DNA from: Candidatus Yanofskybacteria bacterium | GTDB taxonomy: Bacteria; Patescibacteriota; Minisyncoccia; 2-02-FULL-40-12; IGHO2-01-FULL-4-A | Length of the DNA: 64,000 nt | Reading direction: 5' to 3' | Assembly: GCA_016181175.1 (NCBI GenBank) | Contig: JACOZV010000004.1 | Location: 7,718 to 71,717 of the forward strand | In this document: piece after piece, positions 18,295-28,822 of the stretch | Layout of the letters: every line of letters starts with the position of its first letter | How positions within the stretch are numbered: position 1 is the stretch's first letter | Translations under genes and position numbers: made by a program | Notes under the pieces: model-generated | Databases searched by the model: none | Told to the model about the DNA's origin: nothing | The model's input: the letters and a program-made list of their open reading frames with translations, nothing else

Positions 18295-18852
18295 ATGCAA
18301 TTAGACCATCGTGCTTTATTTTTAAAATCTGGCACAAGCGGGTTAAATGCGCCGGGCGGTAAATCATCTGGGCCGGTTTTTGAGTTTGGCCCCGGTTGGG
18401 GAAGCAAAATAAAAAAGTGGTTTAAAAAATATATTCTCGGCGGTCACTGCACGCTCTGTCGGGCAACGCGTTATGTTCTTCTTTTTGGTCTGGTACTTCT
18501 GGTATTTGGCGGACCACAATTGAAGTCGCTGCTGGACAGCAAAAAACAGCAAGCCCTAATAAGTGAAACGAGAATAACCGAAACGGCTCAATCCGGCGAC
18601 AGTAAAATCAAAATGGCCCGCCGCGCCCTTACGGGTTATCTTAACAAATTCACCGACACGACCGTTACAAACGGCCAGAGAGTTTTCATTGAAACAGTAT
18701 TGAGCCAAACAATAACTGACGAATTGAAACCTGGCGCTCAAATAGATTTTGATTTTAAAAGCGTTGAGACCCTTATAGAGCAGTCACGCTTACTCACTCC
18801 TTCCCAGCTCCAAAAATGGGAGGACTACGCCAAAAAGGTGAAGTTTTATTAA
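18295..18852 (+). CDS. Hypothetical membrane-anchored protein
   Basis: 185-aa ORF with one TM helix (YVLLFGLVLLVFGG) and no recognised motif. Confidence 0.45.
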   Translation: MQLDHRALFLKSGTSGLNAPGGKSSGPVFEFGPGWGSKIKKWFKKYILGGHCTLCRATRYVLLFGLVLLVFGGPQLKSLLDSKKQQALISETRITETAQSGDSKIKMARRALTGYLNKFTDTTVTNGQRVFIETVLSQTITDELKPGAQIDFDFKSVETLIEQSRLLTPSQLQKWEDYAKKVKFY

Positions 18853-18853
18853 A

Positions 18854-18881
18854 TCAAAACCCGCCTTATGGCGGGTTTTGA
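18854..18881. terminator. Bidirectional terminator between convergent genes
   Basis: tcaaaacccgcc-ttat-ggcgggttttga, a 12-bp stem. Confidence 0.65.
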
Positions 18882-19568
18882 TTACTCTTTTTTCTCTGAC
18901 GACACCGGTGCTTCTTCCGCAACTTCCTCTTCGGGTTTTTCTTTCTTAATAACCTCAACCTCCTCCGGCGCGGTCGTAACCGGTGTCTCAAGTTGAGCCT
19001 TGAGTTCTTCTTCGGAAATCGGTTCCTGTACCAAAGCCACTATAACTTCGGGTTCAACCTTCACCTCAAGTTTTTTTGAGATTGATAAATCTTTTACCAA
19101 AATTTGGCTTTTAAATTCCGCGAGTACAGAGATATCTACATCGATCTGGTGGGGCAAATCTTGCGGAAAACCCTCAACTTCTATTTCAGACAGGTTTTTC
19201 ACTAAAATTCCGCCCAAGCCCTTAACCGCTGGGGATTCACCTATAAAATTAAGCTGAATTTTTGCATGTATTTTTTCATCCAAACGCACTTTATAAAAAT
19301 CTGCGTGCAAAAAAATATCATTTAACGGGTCACGAACAACATCGTGAATAATAGTAGGATGATCCTGTCCATCAACATTGAGATAAATTACAGTGGATTC
19401 ACCGGCTTCAGTATAAACCCGCTCAAATTCATTAACTGGCACCTGAATTGATAGTGGCTTAAAACCGTGACCATAAACTACGGCCGGCACAAAACCGCGT
19501 CGTCTAAGCGACTTCACCTGCCTGCCAATAATACTTCTCGGTTCCGCTTGTAGTATAACTCTTTCCAT
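18882..19568 (-). CDS. rplY: 50S ribosomal protein L25/general stress protein Ctc
   Basis: AEPRSIIGRQVKSLRRRGFVPAVVYGHG... is the typical L25/Ctc N-domain, followed by an acidic C-terminal tail. Confidence 0.85.
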   Translation of the reverse strand: MERVILQAEPRSIIGRQVKSLRRRGFVPAVVYGHGFKPLSIQVPVNEFERVYTEAGESTVIYLNVDGQDHPTIIHDVVRDPLNDIFLHADFYKVRLDEKIHAKIQLNFIGESPAVKGLGGILVKNLSEIEVEGFPQDLPHQIDVDISVLAEFKSQILVKDLSISKKLEVKVEPEVIVALVQEPISEEELKAQLETPVTTAPEEVEVIKKEKPEEEVAEEAPVSSEKKE

Positions 19569-19779
19569 TTGTGACGGGACTTACACGCTTAACTTAAGAA
19601 GCCCGAAATCTTATGGGCTTTGCTTGAGTTAAGCCCTACGGGTTTGTCCAATTTCTTCGTTAAAACCTCCGCTTCTCGCTCACCATAGTTCTGCTATGAC
19701 TCGCTTCGATGCTCGGTTTTGCCTTGAACTTCGCCAACCGCGTAAGCCCAGAATTATTAACTTAACACGGAAAAAATAA

Positions 19780-21086
<1,307 letters not shown>

Positions 21087-21088
21087 GT

Positions 21089-21274
21089 CTAGTTACCCTT
21101 CTTTCCCCAGACATACAGATATAAAATATCCAATACACCCAAAGTGTTAACTAATAACAGCACAACAAACCATCGCTTGTTGCGGTTTTGTGCCGCTCGC
21201 CAAAGGGCCCAACCTTTCCACGGCAAACTCCATATTGCCGCCACAACCATAATAACTAAAAATAATTTACTCAT
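21089..21274 (-). CDS. Small two-helix membrane protein (DUF5652-like)
   Basis: 61 aa with WALWRAAQNRNKRWFVVLLLVNTLGVLDILYL. The family assignment is from memory and tentative. Confidence 0.45.
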   Translation of the reverse strand: MSKLFLVIMVVAAIWSLPWKGWALWRAAQNRNKRWFVVLLLVNTLGVLDILYLYVWGKKGN

Positions 21275-21505
21275 ATGAAAAGTATACCACGTTTGTTAAA
21301 AATTAAACATTAAATGTGCAACCGGGTCAACTGTTGGCAAGCCAGTAATGGCATGCTTAAATGCACACAACATGAATCCCGAACGAGACAGCCTTCGCCA
21401 ACAACAAGGAAGGGTTACAATGGCTATTTAATCGGGAATAATAAAGTTATTTTTAATAGGCACGGAAATGATTTACACAACAAATCATTTCCTGTCTCGT
21501 ACGGG

Positions 21506-21946
21506 ATGAAACTCCTCGGCCGCGCCTACAAGCAAAAAAATGGCTGGACCTGCGGCCCAGCGGTAACCAAAATAATCCTGAATTATTCAGGCAAAACTTG
21601 CCTGGACACCAACTTGGCTAAAGAACTTAAAACCACACCGTCGGGAACTTCAAATAGTCAATTAGTTAAATTTCTAAAAAAGAAAGGTGTAAAATTTAGA
21701 GTAAGAGAGGGAGCGAGCCTAGACGCCCTGAAAAGGTTCTCAAAAAAAAGTTTGGTTCTAGTTACTTATTGGATTCCCAACCACAAAGAACATCATTACT
21801 CAATCGTAAAAAAAGTTTCCTCAAAAAGAATTTATTTCCACGACACCTGGTTCGGCGCCAACCACAGTTATACTATTGGACACTTCCGCAAAAATTGGTG
21901 GGATGATGAAGCTAAAAGCAGCTGGCTATTGGCTGTTAAAAAATAG
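21506..21946 (+). CDS. Papain-like (peptidase C39-like) cysteine peptidase domain protein
   Basis: QKNGWTCGPA (Cys nucleophile context) and a downstream ...HHYSIV (His). I prefer the ATG at 21506. The longer ORF from 21314 has an implausible N-terminus. Confidence 0.5.
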   Translation: MKLLGRAYKQKNGWTCGPAVTKIILNYSGKTCLDTNLAKELKTTPSGTSNSQLVKFLKKKGVKFRVREGASLDALKRFSKKSLVLVTYWIPNHKEHHYSIVKKVSSKRIYFHDTWFGANHSYTIGHFRKNWWDDEAKSSWLLAVKK

Positions 21947-21965
21947 CCCAGACAAATCGTCTGGG

Positions 21966-22583
21966 CTATTTTTTATATTGGACAACTTTGCCGGCCTTAA
22001 TCTCTGTTGGGTCGGCACTGCGGAATGAGGCAATGGTTTTTTTGTCGGCAATTTTTTGGTGAAGACAGTCGCATAACGCCTCGGCAATATGCCAAGGGTC
22101 TTTTTCAGCGGTTATCCAGTCGCTACCGAATTTTCTCAAATCAAGCGGCCTGGAATATTCCCTCAAATTCTTCCGGCCGACATTATCAAAGTATTCGTGG
22201 AAATAGGACATCGCTAACTCACGAATGCTTTTATAAACCGGCTCACGATAACGCAAAACAGCGTGGTTGGTCTTGCTGATCGCGCCCCAGTAACCACCGC
22301 GCTTGAAAAGCGTAACTACATGATCAAAATCCCTGTCAGCCGCACTCAAATCTAAAAGCAACGGCCTCTCGCCATGAAACCAAAGCACCGCTGACGCAAA
22401 CATAGCCCCCTCAATACAGTGCGCCTTATTTTTACGGAGCATAACCCGGGGCGACATGCAGGTATCTTTTTTGTGATCAAAATTTATAGGAATCGCTTCC
22501 AGAAAATCTTGTATTTTTTGGGGCGTATTTAATTTCCTGAAAATTTTTAGTTCTTCTGGATTTAGGAAAGAAAAGTTATCCAT
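21966..22583 (-). CDS. Hypothetical protein with a transglutaminase-like Cys-His-Asp core
   Basis: KAHCIEGAMFA (Cys) ... DHVVTLF (His). The fold assignment is tentative. Confidence 0.4.
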   Translation of the reverse strand: MDNFSFLNPEELKIFRKLNTPQKIQDFLEAIPINFDHKKDTCMSPRVMLRKNKAHCIEGAMFASAVLWFHGERPLLLDLSAADRDFDHVVTLFKRGGYWGAISKTNHAVLRYREPVYKSIRELAMSYFHEYFDNVGRKNLREYSRPLDLRKFGSDWITAEKDPWHIAEALCDCLHQKIADKKTIASFRSADPTEIKAGKVVQYKK

Positions 22584-22701
22584 AAAATAACAAATTGTGC
22601 TAATTTCATATTAAATATAGCACAAACAAAATAGGATTGACCAACAATAAAAAATAATTTATTCTTTCGTGATAGATAACGCACATTTAAAAGGAGTTTA
22701 G

Positions 22702-23817
22702 ATGATAAAACAAGAAATCGAACGGCGTTTTTTGGTTAAAAAAATTAACCTGCCGCTAATGCTTTCCTGCGAAGACGGCTGTAAAAAAATACAGCAGGGA
22801 TACCTTGAACTGCCCGAACAGACAAAATCATTTAGGGTAAGATTGGCCAGTGAAGGAAAGTCAATTTTGGCAACAGCGACAATCAAAACCGGCTCGGGGT
22901 TGGTGCGCGAGGAAGGCCAGTTTAAAATAGATCGCCTTTTTGCGGAACACCTGCTAATGGCATGCCATCATCATCTTACAAAAACTAGGCATAAGGTTAA
23001 CGGCTGGGAAGTTGATTTTTATGATGAACCTTTGAAAGGAATTATTATCGCGGAAAAAGAATTGGCATCCGCAGACGAAAAAGTAGAACTGCCGCCATGG
23101 ATTATGGAAGCTACCGAGGTAACCGACAAGTTATCAAATTTACATCTTGCCAGACTAGCAAGTGAGTTGCGTGGCATTAACGGCCAAATTGCCTTGAATC
23201 ACACGAGAGAACTGCAAAAAGATATTTGCCGAATGGCCATAATTGGTCCCCCTTGTTCTGGTAAAAGTAGCATCTTGGAAATATTTAAAAAAAAGAGACC
23301 TGAAATATATTTTATTCCAGAAACGGCTTCAATGGTAATCCATCAACTTGGCATAAAACCAAGTGGCGATAGGGTCGCTAACCGCAGATTTCAGCTGACG
23401 GTATATCAAACTCAAAAAAATTTTGAAACGCTATCAATTCAATTCGCCAAATTAGAAAACAAAAAAGCAATTGCAGTAGATCGTGGCACACTGGATAACG
23501 CGGCGTATCTCAATGGCGGCTTGAAAGAATTTTTGAGTTTTTTCAAAACAAGCGTGGAACAAGAATATGCCCGATACGACGCCGTCATATATCTAGGTCC
23601 GCCACCAAAGCATATATTTGAAAAGGACCGCTTAAAAAATCCTGCCCGCTACGAAAAAAATTACGAAGAAATAGCACAAAGACACCGCGAGCTGTTCCGA
23701 TTGTGGAGCAAACACCCTGCATTTTTTTACATAGGATCCAAACTAAACTGGGAAGAAAAAGTTGATGAAGTTCGCTCGATAATAAAAAATATTTTAAGTA
23801 AAGGGGGGAGACAATGA
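22702..23817 (+). CDS. CYTH (triphosphate tunnel metalloenzyme) domain fused to a P-loop NTPase (AAA_28/NadR-kinase-like)
   Basis: N-terminal EIERRFLV (the ExExK CYTH signature) and the Walker A motif IIGPPCSGKSS at about aa 180. Confidence 0.6.
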   Translation: MIKQEIERRFLVKKINLPLMLSCEDGCKKIQQGYLELPEQTKSFRVRLASEGKSILATATIKTGSGLVREEGQFKIDRLFAEHLLMACHHHLTKTRHKVNGWEVDFYDEPLKGIIIAEKELASADEKVELPPWIMEATEVTDKLSNLHLARLASELRGINGQIALNHTRELQKDICRMAIIGPPCSGKSSILEIFKKKRPEIYFIPETASMVIHQLGIKPSGDRVANRRFQLTVYQTQKNFETLSIQFAKLENKKAIAVDRGTLDNAAYLNGGLKEFLSFFKTSVEQEYARYDAVIYLGPPPKHIFEKDRLKNPARYEKNYEEIAQRHRELFRLWSKHPAFFYIGSKLNWEEKVDEVRSIIKNILSKGGRQ

Positions 23818-24551
23818 AGTCCGGCATTCCAAACCATATTGCTATCATACCGGACGGCAACCGGCGCTGGGCAAAATCTAAAGGACGGCCATCAGTAATG
23901 GGTCACCTGGAAGGTAAAAAACGATTTCACGAAATCAGCAAAATTGCGTTTAATCTCGGCATCCCCTATTTCACGTTTTGGGCAATGTCCGAAGACAACT
24001 ATAGAAAAAGGTGTGCCACTGAAATAGATTATTTGGTTTCTTTGCTAAAGAAAGGTCTAAACGGCCGCTTAACAAAAGACCTGTTTGAAAAACAAATCAG
24101 GTTCAAGGTTTTTGGCAAATGGAAAGAACTTACCGCCACCAGAGTTTTGGCTGATTTAATCAAGAACCTTGAGATGCGGACTGCAAATTTTGACAAACAC
24201 CACCTTACTCTCCTGTTGGGATACGACGGGAAACAAGAATTAGTCGAAGCTTTTCAAATCCAAGCGAAAATGAGAAATTGGCAACCACAAAACGCATGGC
24301 AACCTGGAGAATTAGATTTTCAAAAAATTAAGGCAACACTTTGGACGAGAGAACTGCCACCGGTAGATCTTGTTATCAGGACCGGCGAAACAAAAGAACA
24401 TTGGTTTCACAACAGTTCGGGTTTTATGATGTTGCACACCACCGATTCGGAAATTTATATATCACCCACCCTCTGGCCAGATTTTTCTGAAGAAGAGTTT
24501 AAAAAAATAATTGAAGAGTACGGCCAGCGAGAAAGAAAATTAGGAAAATAA
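23814..24551 (+). CDS. uppS: Undecaprenyl diphosphate synthase (isoprenyl transferase)
   Basis: HIAIIPDGNRRWA...FWAMSEDN...DLVIRTGGE-like motifs. There is a 4-nt overlap with the upstream gene. Confidence 0.85.
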   Translation: MKSGIPNHIAIIPDGNRRWAKSKGRPSVMGHLEGKKRFHEISKIAFNLGIPYFTFWAMSEDNYRKRCATEIDYLVSLLKKGLNGRLTKDLFEKQIRFKVFGKWKELTATRVLADLIKNLEMRTANFDKHHLTLLLGYDGKQELVEAFQIQAKMRNWQPQNAWQPGELDFQKIKATLWTRELPPVDLVIRTGETKEHWFHNSSGFMMLHTTDSEIYISPTLWPDFSEEEFKKIIEEYGQRERKLGK

Positions 24552-24573
24552 AAGCGCGAGAAACGCGCTTTTT
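24551..24573. terminator. Terminator between convergent uppS and DoxX genes
   Basis: aaagcgcg-agaaa-cgcgcttt followed by a T run. Confidence 0.55.
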
Positions 24574-24588
24574 GTTTAGGCATAATAG

Positions 24589-25065
24589 TTAGCCAAGCCA
24601 GAAACGTAATTTTGGAAATTTGGAACAAATTGGCAACCTTGAACACCAATTTTCCAGACCCCAAACACGACCCGCCCGGATTGTAGCAAGAAATAGCAAC
24701 ACCGAAATATAAATTATATGCTCATCTACTATGAACGAATGGGCATTGGGGTACGGGAATTGCAAAATCGGAAAATAATATAGGAGCATAAGCACTGCCC
24801 CCAGAACCGAACTCAACCTAACAAAGATTCCAAAAATAAGAGCTAGGCCCAACAGCGTAAGACCCCACTCGTTCACAAGATTAGTAAACGGTAAAATATC
24901 GGGTCGTAAAAACCAATTATAAAACCCAGTAAAAGTTTTGGCATTGCCAAGATAGCCAGCCGCCGACCATGTCGGGTCAACAACCTTTATGATCCCGGCG
25001 TAAAACATAAGCCAACCCATTGAAATGCGAAGCAAAAATAAACAAATTTTTTGAAATTTATTCAT
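24589..25065 (-). CDS. DoxX family membrane protein
   Basis: Four hydrophobic helices and an LLRISMGWLMFYAGIIKV N-terminus typical of DoxX. Confidence 0.6.
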   Translation of the reverse strand: MNKFQKICLFLLRISMGWLMFYAGIIKVVDPTWSAAGYLGNAKTFTGFYNWFLRPDILPFTNLVNEWGLTLLGLALIFGIFVRLSSVLGAVLMLLYYFPILQFPYPNAHSFIVDEHIIYISVLLFLATIRAGRVWGLENWCSRLPICSKFPKLRFWLG

Positions 25066-25834
25066 AAAACAATAAAAGAAAAAATATTAAGGCCGCTATA
25101 ACACGATAAATGCCGAACCCGATAAATGAATGGCGCTGTATCAAATTAAGCAGGAATTTTACACCTAGTAAAGCGGCGAAAAAGGAAATAACAAACCCTG
25201 CCGCCAACAAATGGAATTGGCTGGCTGAAAATCCGCCGGCATTCTTAAAAAGGTCGTAGCCAGTTGCGGCGGCCATGGTCGGAACAGCCAAAACAAAAGA
25301 AAATTCAACTATAGCTACGCGTTTTATCCCGGCAAACATCCCCCCTATTATAGTTGCCGCCGCCCGCGATACGCCGGGTATAACCGCCAACGATTGCGCG
25401 CAACCCACCATGAATGCTTGGGTATAAGTAATGTCTTTCATACTAGCGGCTGAAGTTTCTTTTTCTTTAAACAACAGTTCAAAAATTATTAAAATAATAC
25501 CACCCGCAAACAAGGAAATAATAATTACGAACAAACTTTCAAATAAAACTCCTTTGATTGTTTTATACAGCAAAAAACCTACCACGGCCGTCGGCAAAAA
25601 GGCCACTAATGTTTTTTTGCCTATTCCCGGGTTTATTACCAACCGCCACGCGTAAAGAAATACAACGGCCAATATCGCCCCCAGCTGAATAGCAATTGTG
25701 AAACTTTTCATAAACTCCGATCCGCCCAATTGAAACAACCGGGACGCTAAAATAAGATGGGCCGTTGATGAGATCGGCAAAAACTCCGTAAATCCCTCCA
25801 GAATCCCTAAAATAAAAAGCTGTATTATATCCAT
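25058..25834 (-). CDS. uppP: Undecaprenyl-diphosphatase (BacA/UppP)
   Basis: ILGILEGFTEFLPISSTAHL and PGVSRAAATI motifs. Start taken at MDIIQLF. Confidence 0.85.
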   Translation of the reverse strand: MDIIQLFILGILEGFTEFLPISSTAHLILASRLFQLGGSEFMKSFTIAIQLGAILAVVFLYAWRLVINPGIGKKTLVAFLPTAVVGFLLYKTIKGVLFESLFVIIISLFAGGIILIIFELLFKEKETSAASMKDITYTQAFMVGCAQSLAVIPGVSRAAATIIGGMFAGIKRVAIVEFSFVLAVPTMAAATGYDLFKNAGGFSASQFHLLAAGFVISFFAALLGVKFLLNLIQRHSFIGFGIYRVIAALIFFLLLFYE

Positions 25835-25850
25835 ATCATTGAGACTGTTT

Positions 25851-26168
25851 TTAACTCCACAAATAATGCCAAATGAAAAATAAAAACACAACCGAGAATC
25901 CGGCCAACGCGGTAATAATTAAAAATATCAGTCCCCCACGAATGGTATTGGGGTTTGCGCCCTTGGGCAATAAATAAAATATAGCCAATCCCCCGAAATA
26001 AACTATTAACGACAGCGCACTTTTGGTCAGCCAGTGGTGGCCTGTAAAACCGGCAAGCCAAGTCTTAAACGAAGGCGACAACTCACCCCAAATTGTAACT
26101 GCGGTGATAACAACAATAGAAAGAGCGGCGGCTATTGAAGATGAATAAGTTAGTTTAACCTTGTTCAT
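25851..26168 (-). CDS. Hypothetical membrane protein
   Basis: Three predicted helices. I prefer the start MNKVKL at 26168, because the longer start lies inside a 16-bp hairpin (26174-26229). Confidence 0.45.
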   Translation of the reverse strand: MNKVKLTYSSSIAAALSIVVITAVTIWGELSPSFKTWLAGFTGHHWLTKSALSLIVYFGGLAIFYLLPKGANPNTIRGGLIFLIITALAGFSVVFLFFIWHYLWS

Positions 26169-26229
26169 AATATAACGACTTGCGATGTCCAAATATTAAA
26201 ACCCAATATGAGGACATCGCAAGTCGTGT

Positions 26230-26742
26230 CTAGCCCCAGCGAACGGCGGCGGATATAATAAATCCCATCGCGCCGATGGCTAATCCCAGAAAAGCAATAA
26301 ATCCGGCTAATAACATAGCCGTTTTGCGTAGCTTGAATTTTTCAAATTCTTCTTTATCTACAAACGCCAAAATCATTGCCGTTATTGCTAGTGGCAAAAT
26401 AAACAAAAAAATATGCTCTTTGGCTTCCATCGCGATAGCATGTGCCCAAGGCGCCGTTCCCTTTAGAATTACCGGCTTCACCATCTTGCCGTAATTAACA
26501 ACATAGTAATAACCGCCGAGTAGCCAGGTTAAAGCAAAACCGATTACGCCGATTATGGAAGCCCATTTAATTCTGGCATGATTTTGCGACTTGCCGGCTT
26601 GTCCAGCTCCAGTTTGGGACTGTCCAAACTGGAGCTGGACCAACTCCCCTAAGTACCACAAAAAAGCGTCTATGCCGGCAATTGCAAAAGCAAGGTGTAA
26701 TCCCACCAATACAGGTTTATATGTTAAAAATGAAAGTATCAT
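26230..26742 (-). CDS. Hypothetical polytopic membrane protein
   Basis: 170-aa ORF with 5 hydrophobic segments and no recognised motif. Confidence 0.45.
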   Translation of the reverse strand: MILSFLTYKPVLVGLHLAFAIAGIDAFLWYLGELVQLQFGQSQTGAGQAGKSQNHARIKWASIIGVIGFALTWLLGGYYYVVNYGKMVKPVILKGTAPWAHAIAMEAKEHIFLFILPLAITAMILAFVDKEEFEKFKLRKTAMLLAGFIAFLGLAIGAMGFIISAAVRWG

Positions 26743-26779
26743 TTTTTTATTATATCACATTAAACCAAGTTTATAGACG

Positions 26780-28609
26780 TTATGCGGCGCTATTTAAATA
26801 ATCAACTTCCATACGAGCACCGGAAATAATCGGCAGATAAGCCGCCAGTTGGCGTTTAAGGTATTCGATTTTTTTAGCTTTATCGTCCAGTAGATCAGCG
26901 GCATGGCGCATTTGCCCATAAAGCGATTCGACTTCTTCATTAAAATTTTGACCGCTGATTTCTAAAAATGATTCCTCCTTTTCTGTTTTGGCCTGTTCGG
27001 CAAGCACCTCCAGATCGGCCGCTCCTCCATCGGGAGTAGAGATCAGGATTGTATTGCCAAGAATATCCTTCTCCCATGAAGTGCCGCAGGCTTCGGTGCT
27101 AATACGTTCTCCCCTTCTCTCCCCTTCTTCAATTCTTACACGCGGCGTATTGAGCGCGACATCAGCTCCCTGCGCCAGAGCTTTTGCCAATACCTCGTTA
27201 TAATTTTTAACAAAGTGCACGCGTTTTTTAAGAATCGGATTGGCATCAATAACTTTAAAAATTCTTTTCAATTCCTCCTGCATCGGCTTGTCGGCCGAAT
27301 GCGCTTCTCCAGCCATTACCAGATAGGCATCTCGTTCTTCAAGAATACCAGCAAGTTCATCAGGACGTTCAAAAACCATACCTGGCCGTTTGTATTCCGC
27401 AATTCTTCGCTTCCAATCATATATTTTTGCCTCTTGCGGCACCACGACGGGCTCACCATATTGGTTTTTGTGTTTTTTTAAAACATCTCTCGCGATGGTG
27501 CGATCGCGTTCTTTTATTTCTTCCAATTTTTGAGCATCCATGGATTGTATTTTTTCCTTAAAATCGTCCAATACAAGATCAAATTCGTCAATAATGCCAT
27601 GCTCTCGATAATATGCAAGAAGTTCCCGATCTCCCCAGCGATCAAGCGCAATTCCATTAGTAATACCCTCAAATTCCACATTATTGCCGTGGATATCTTT
27701 GTATGTCTTGCCGGCTTCGCGTGCGTGAATCAAACTGACTCCATTCTTTTTGCCGGCAAGTTCTATCGCAAGAGTACTTAACTTGACCCTACCATCTCTA
27801 AATAATCCGCGAAGCCACTTTTTAACAGTGTCGCTTTGTATATTTGGCATTACAAAACGATCAAACTGATCAAGCGTAAATTCAGCTTCAGCGGCCTGTA
27901 CTAAAGTATGGTTAGTATAAATTGTGCCATCTTTTACGGCTCGCAATGCCTGCTCAAAATCGCCAACTACACGAACCTTCTCATCAAGGCACGCAAGAGC
28001 TGAAAAAACCGTAGCCGACTCATTGAGTTGCCGCACCGTTGGCTCCATTCCCATTTTCCTCATCGCCTGCCAACCGCCAAAACCCAATGATATTTCTTGA
28101 TAAAGACGGTGATCGCTATTGTTTTCACCCTGATAAAGCGCACCGAAGTTTTTCTCCGTGATTGTGAGTAATGTAACGCAACCCTCTTGTTTTTGGTATA
28201 CGCCCAATTCCGTAAAATCAGGTCTTCCACCCGCGACCTCTCTTACCGTAACTGACCAACCCGTAGGCTTAAATCCGCGTTTTTCCGGTTTTACGTTCGT
28301 TAGCTTGATTCTCTGTTCAAATTTCTTAAATCCCTGCGCTCTTTCTTTGGTATAAAAGGGGGTAATAAAAACAGCCGGAACTTGCTCTTTCTTTTTTACC
28401 TCAAGTGTGTCCGCCGCTAGAATTCCCAAACCTCCGCCGCCCCTTATACCGCTTCCGTAAAGTTCCATTGTAAAATAAGCCCATGGCGTTTCGGGGGTTA
28501 ACTTTTCTTTCAACTCCGGCCTGCCAATCCGTTCAAAAAACGACAGTCTTTTTTCACTTTCAATTTTCGTTTCCGGCTTTATCTCTGATTTTGGTTGTTC
28601 CAAAGACAT
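26780..28609 (-). CDS. glgP: Alpha-glucan phosphorylase (GT35 family)
   Basis: The GGGLGILAADTL motif and the overall length and pattern of the short alpha-glucan phosphorylase family. Confidence 0.75.
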   Translation of the reverse strand: MSLEQPKSEIKPETKIESEKRLSFFERIGRPELKEKLTPETPWAYFTMELYGSGIRGGGGLGILAADTLEVKKKEQVPAVFITPFYTKERAQGFKKFEQRIKLTNVKPEKRGFKPTGWSVTVREVAGGRPDFTELGVYQKQEGCVTLLTITEKNFGALYQGENNSDHRLYQEISLGFGGWQAMRKMGMEPTVRQLNESATVFSALACLDEKVRVVGDFEQALRAVKDGTIYTNHTLVQAAEAEFTLDQFDRFVMPNIQSDTVKKWLRGLFRDGRVKLSTLAIELAGKKNGVSLIHAREAGKTYKDIHGNNVEFEGITNGIALDRWGDRELLAYYREHGIIDEFDLVLDDFKEKIQSMDAQKLEEIKERDRTIARDVLKKHKNQYGEPVVVPQEAKIYDWKRRIAEYKRPGMVFERPDELAGILEERDAYLVMAGEAHSADKPMQEELKRIFKVIDANPILKKRVHFVKNYNEVLAKALAQGADVALNTPRVRIEEGERRGERISTEACGTSWEKDILGNTILISTPDGGAADLEVLAEQAKTEKEESFLEISGQNFNEEVESLYGQMRHAADLLDDKAKKIEYLKRQLAAYLPIISGARMEVDYLNSAA

Positions 28610-28781
28610 ACTCCAATTCTATCACTCATTCTTCTTTATTTTCAAACCCCGTTAGAAGTAACTACTGCGTAGCTTTACACATAAGTTAAAACTGTTTTCA
28701 GCAAACTTTTTAAGTTATTTGATAGTTATTGAATACAAACCCGCTAGGGCTACTTCTAATGGGGTCAAACCCAAATTAAAA

Positions 28782-28799
28782 ACCCACCAATTGGTGGGT
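28782..28799 (-). terminator. Terminator after nrdJ
   Basis: The perfect palindrome acccaccaattggtgggt is followed on the minus strand by UUUUAAUUU. Confidence 0.6.
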
Positions 28800-28822
28800 A
28801 AAAAATAAAAAATTAAATAATC

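Noticed and set aside
28647-28764. A 14-bp long-range complementarity (ccccgttagaagta ... tacttctaatgggg) between glgP and nrdJ.
   Set aside because: It pairs cleanly only on the plus strand (one G-U), while both flanking genes are on the minus strand. The interior has little structure, so there is insufficient support.
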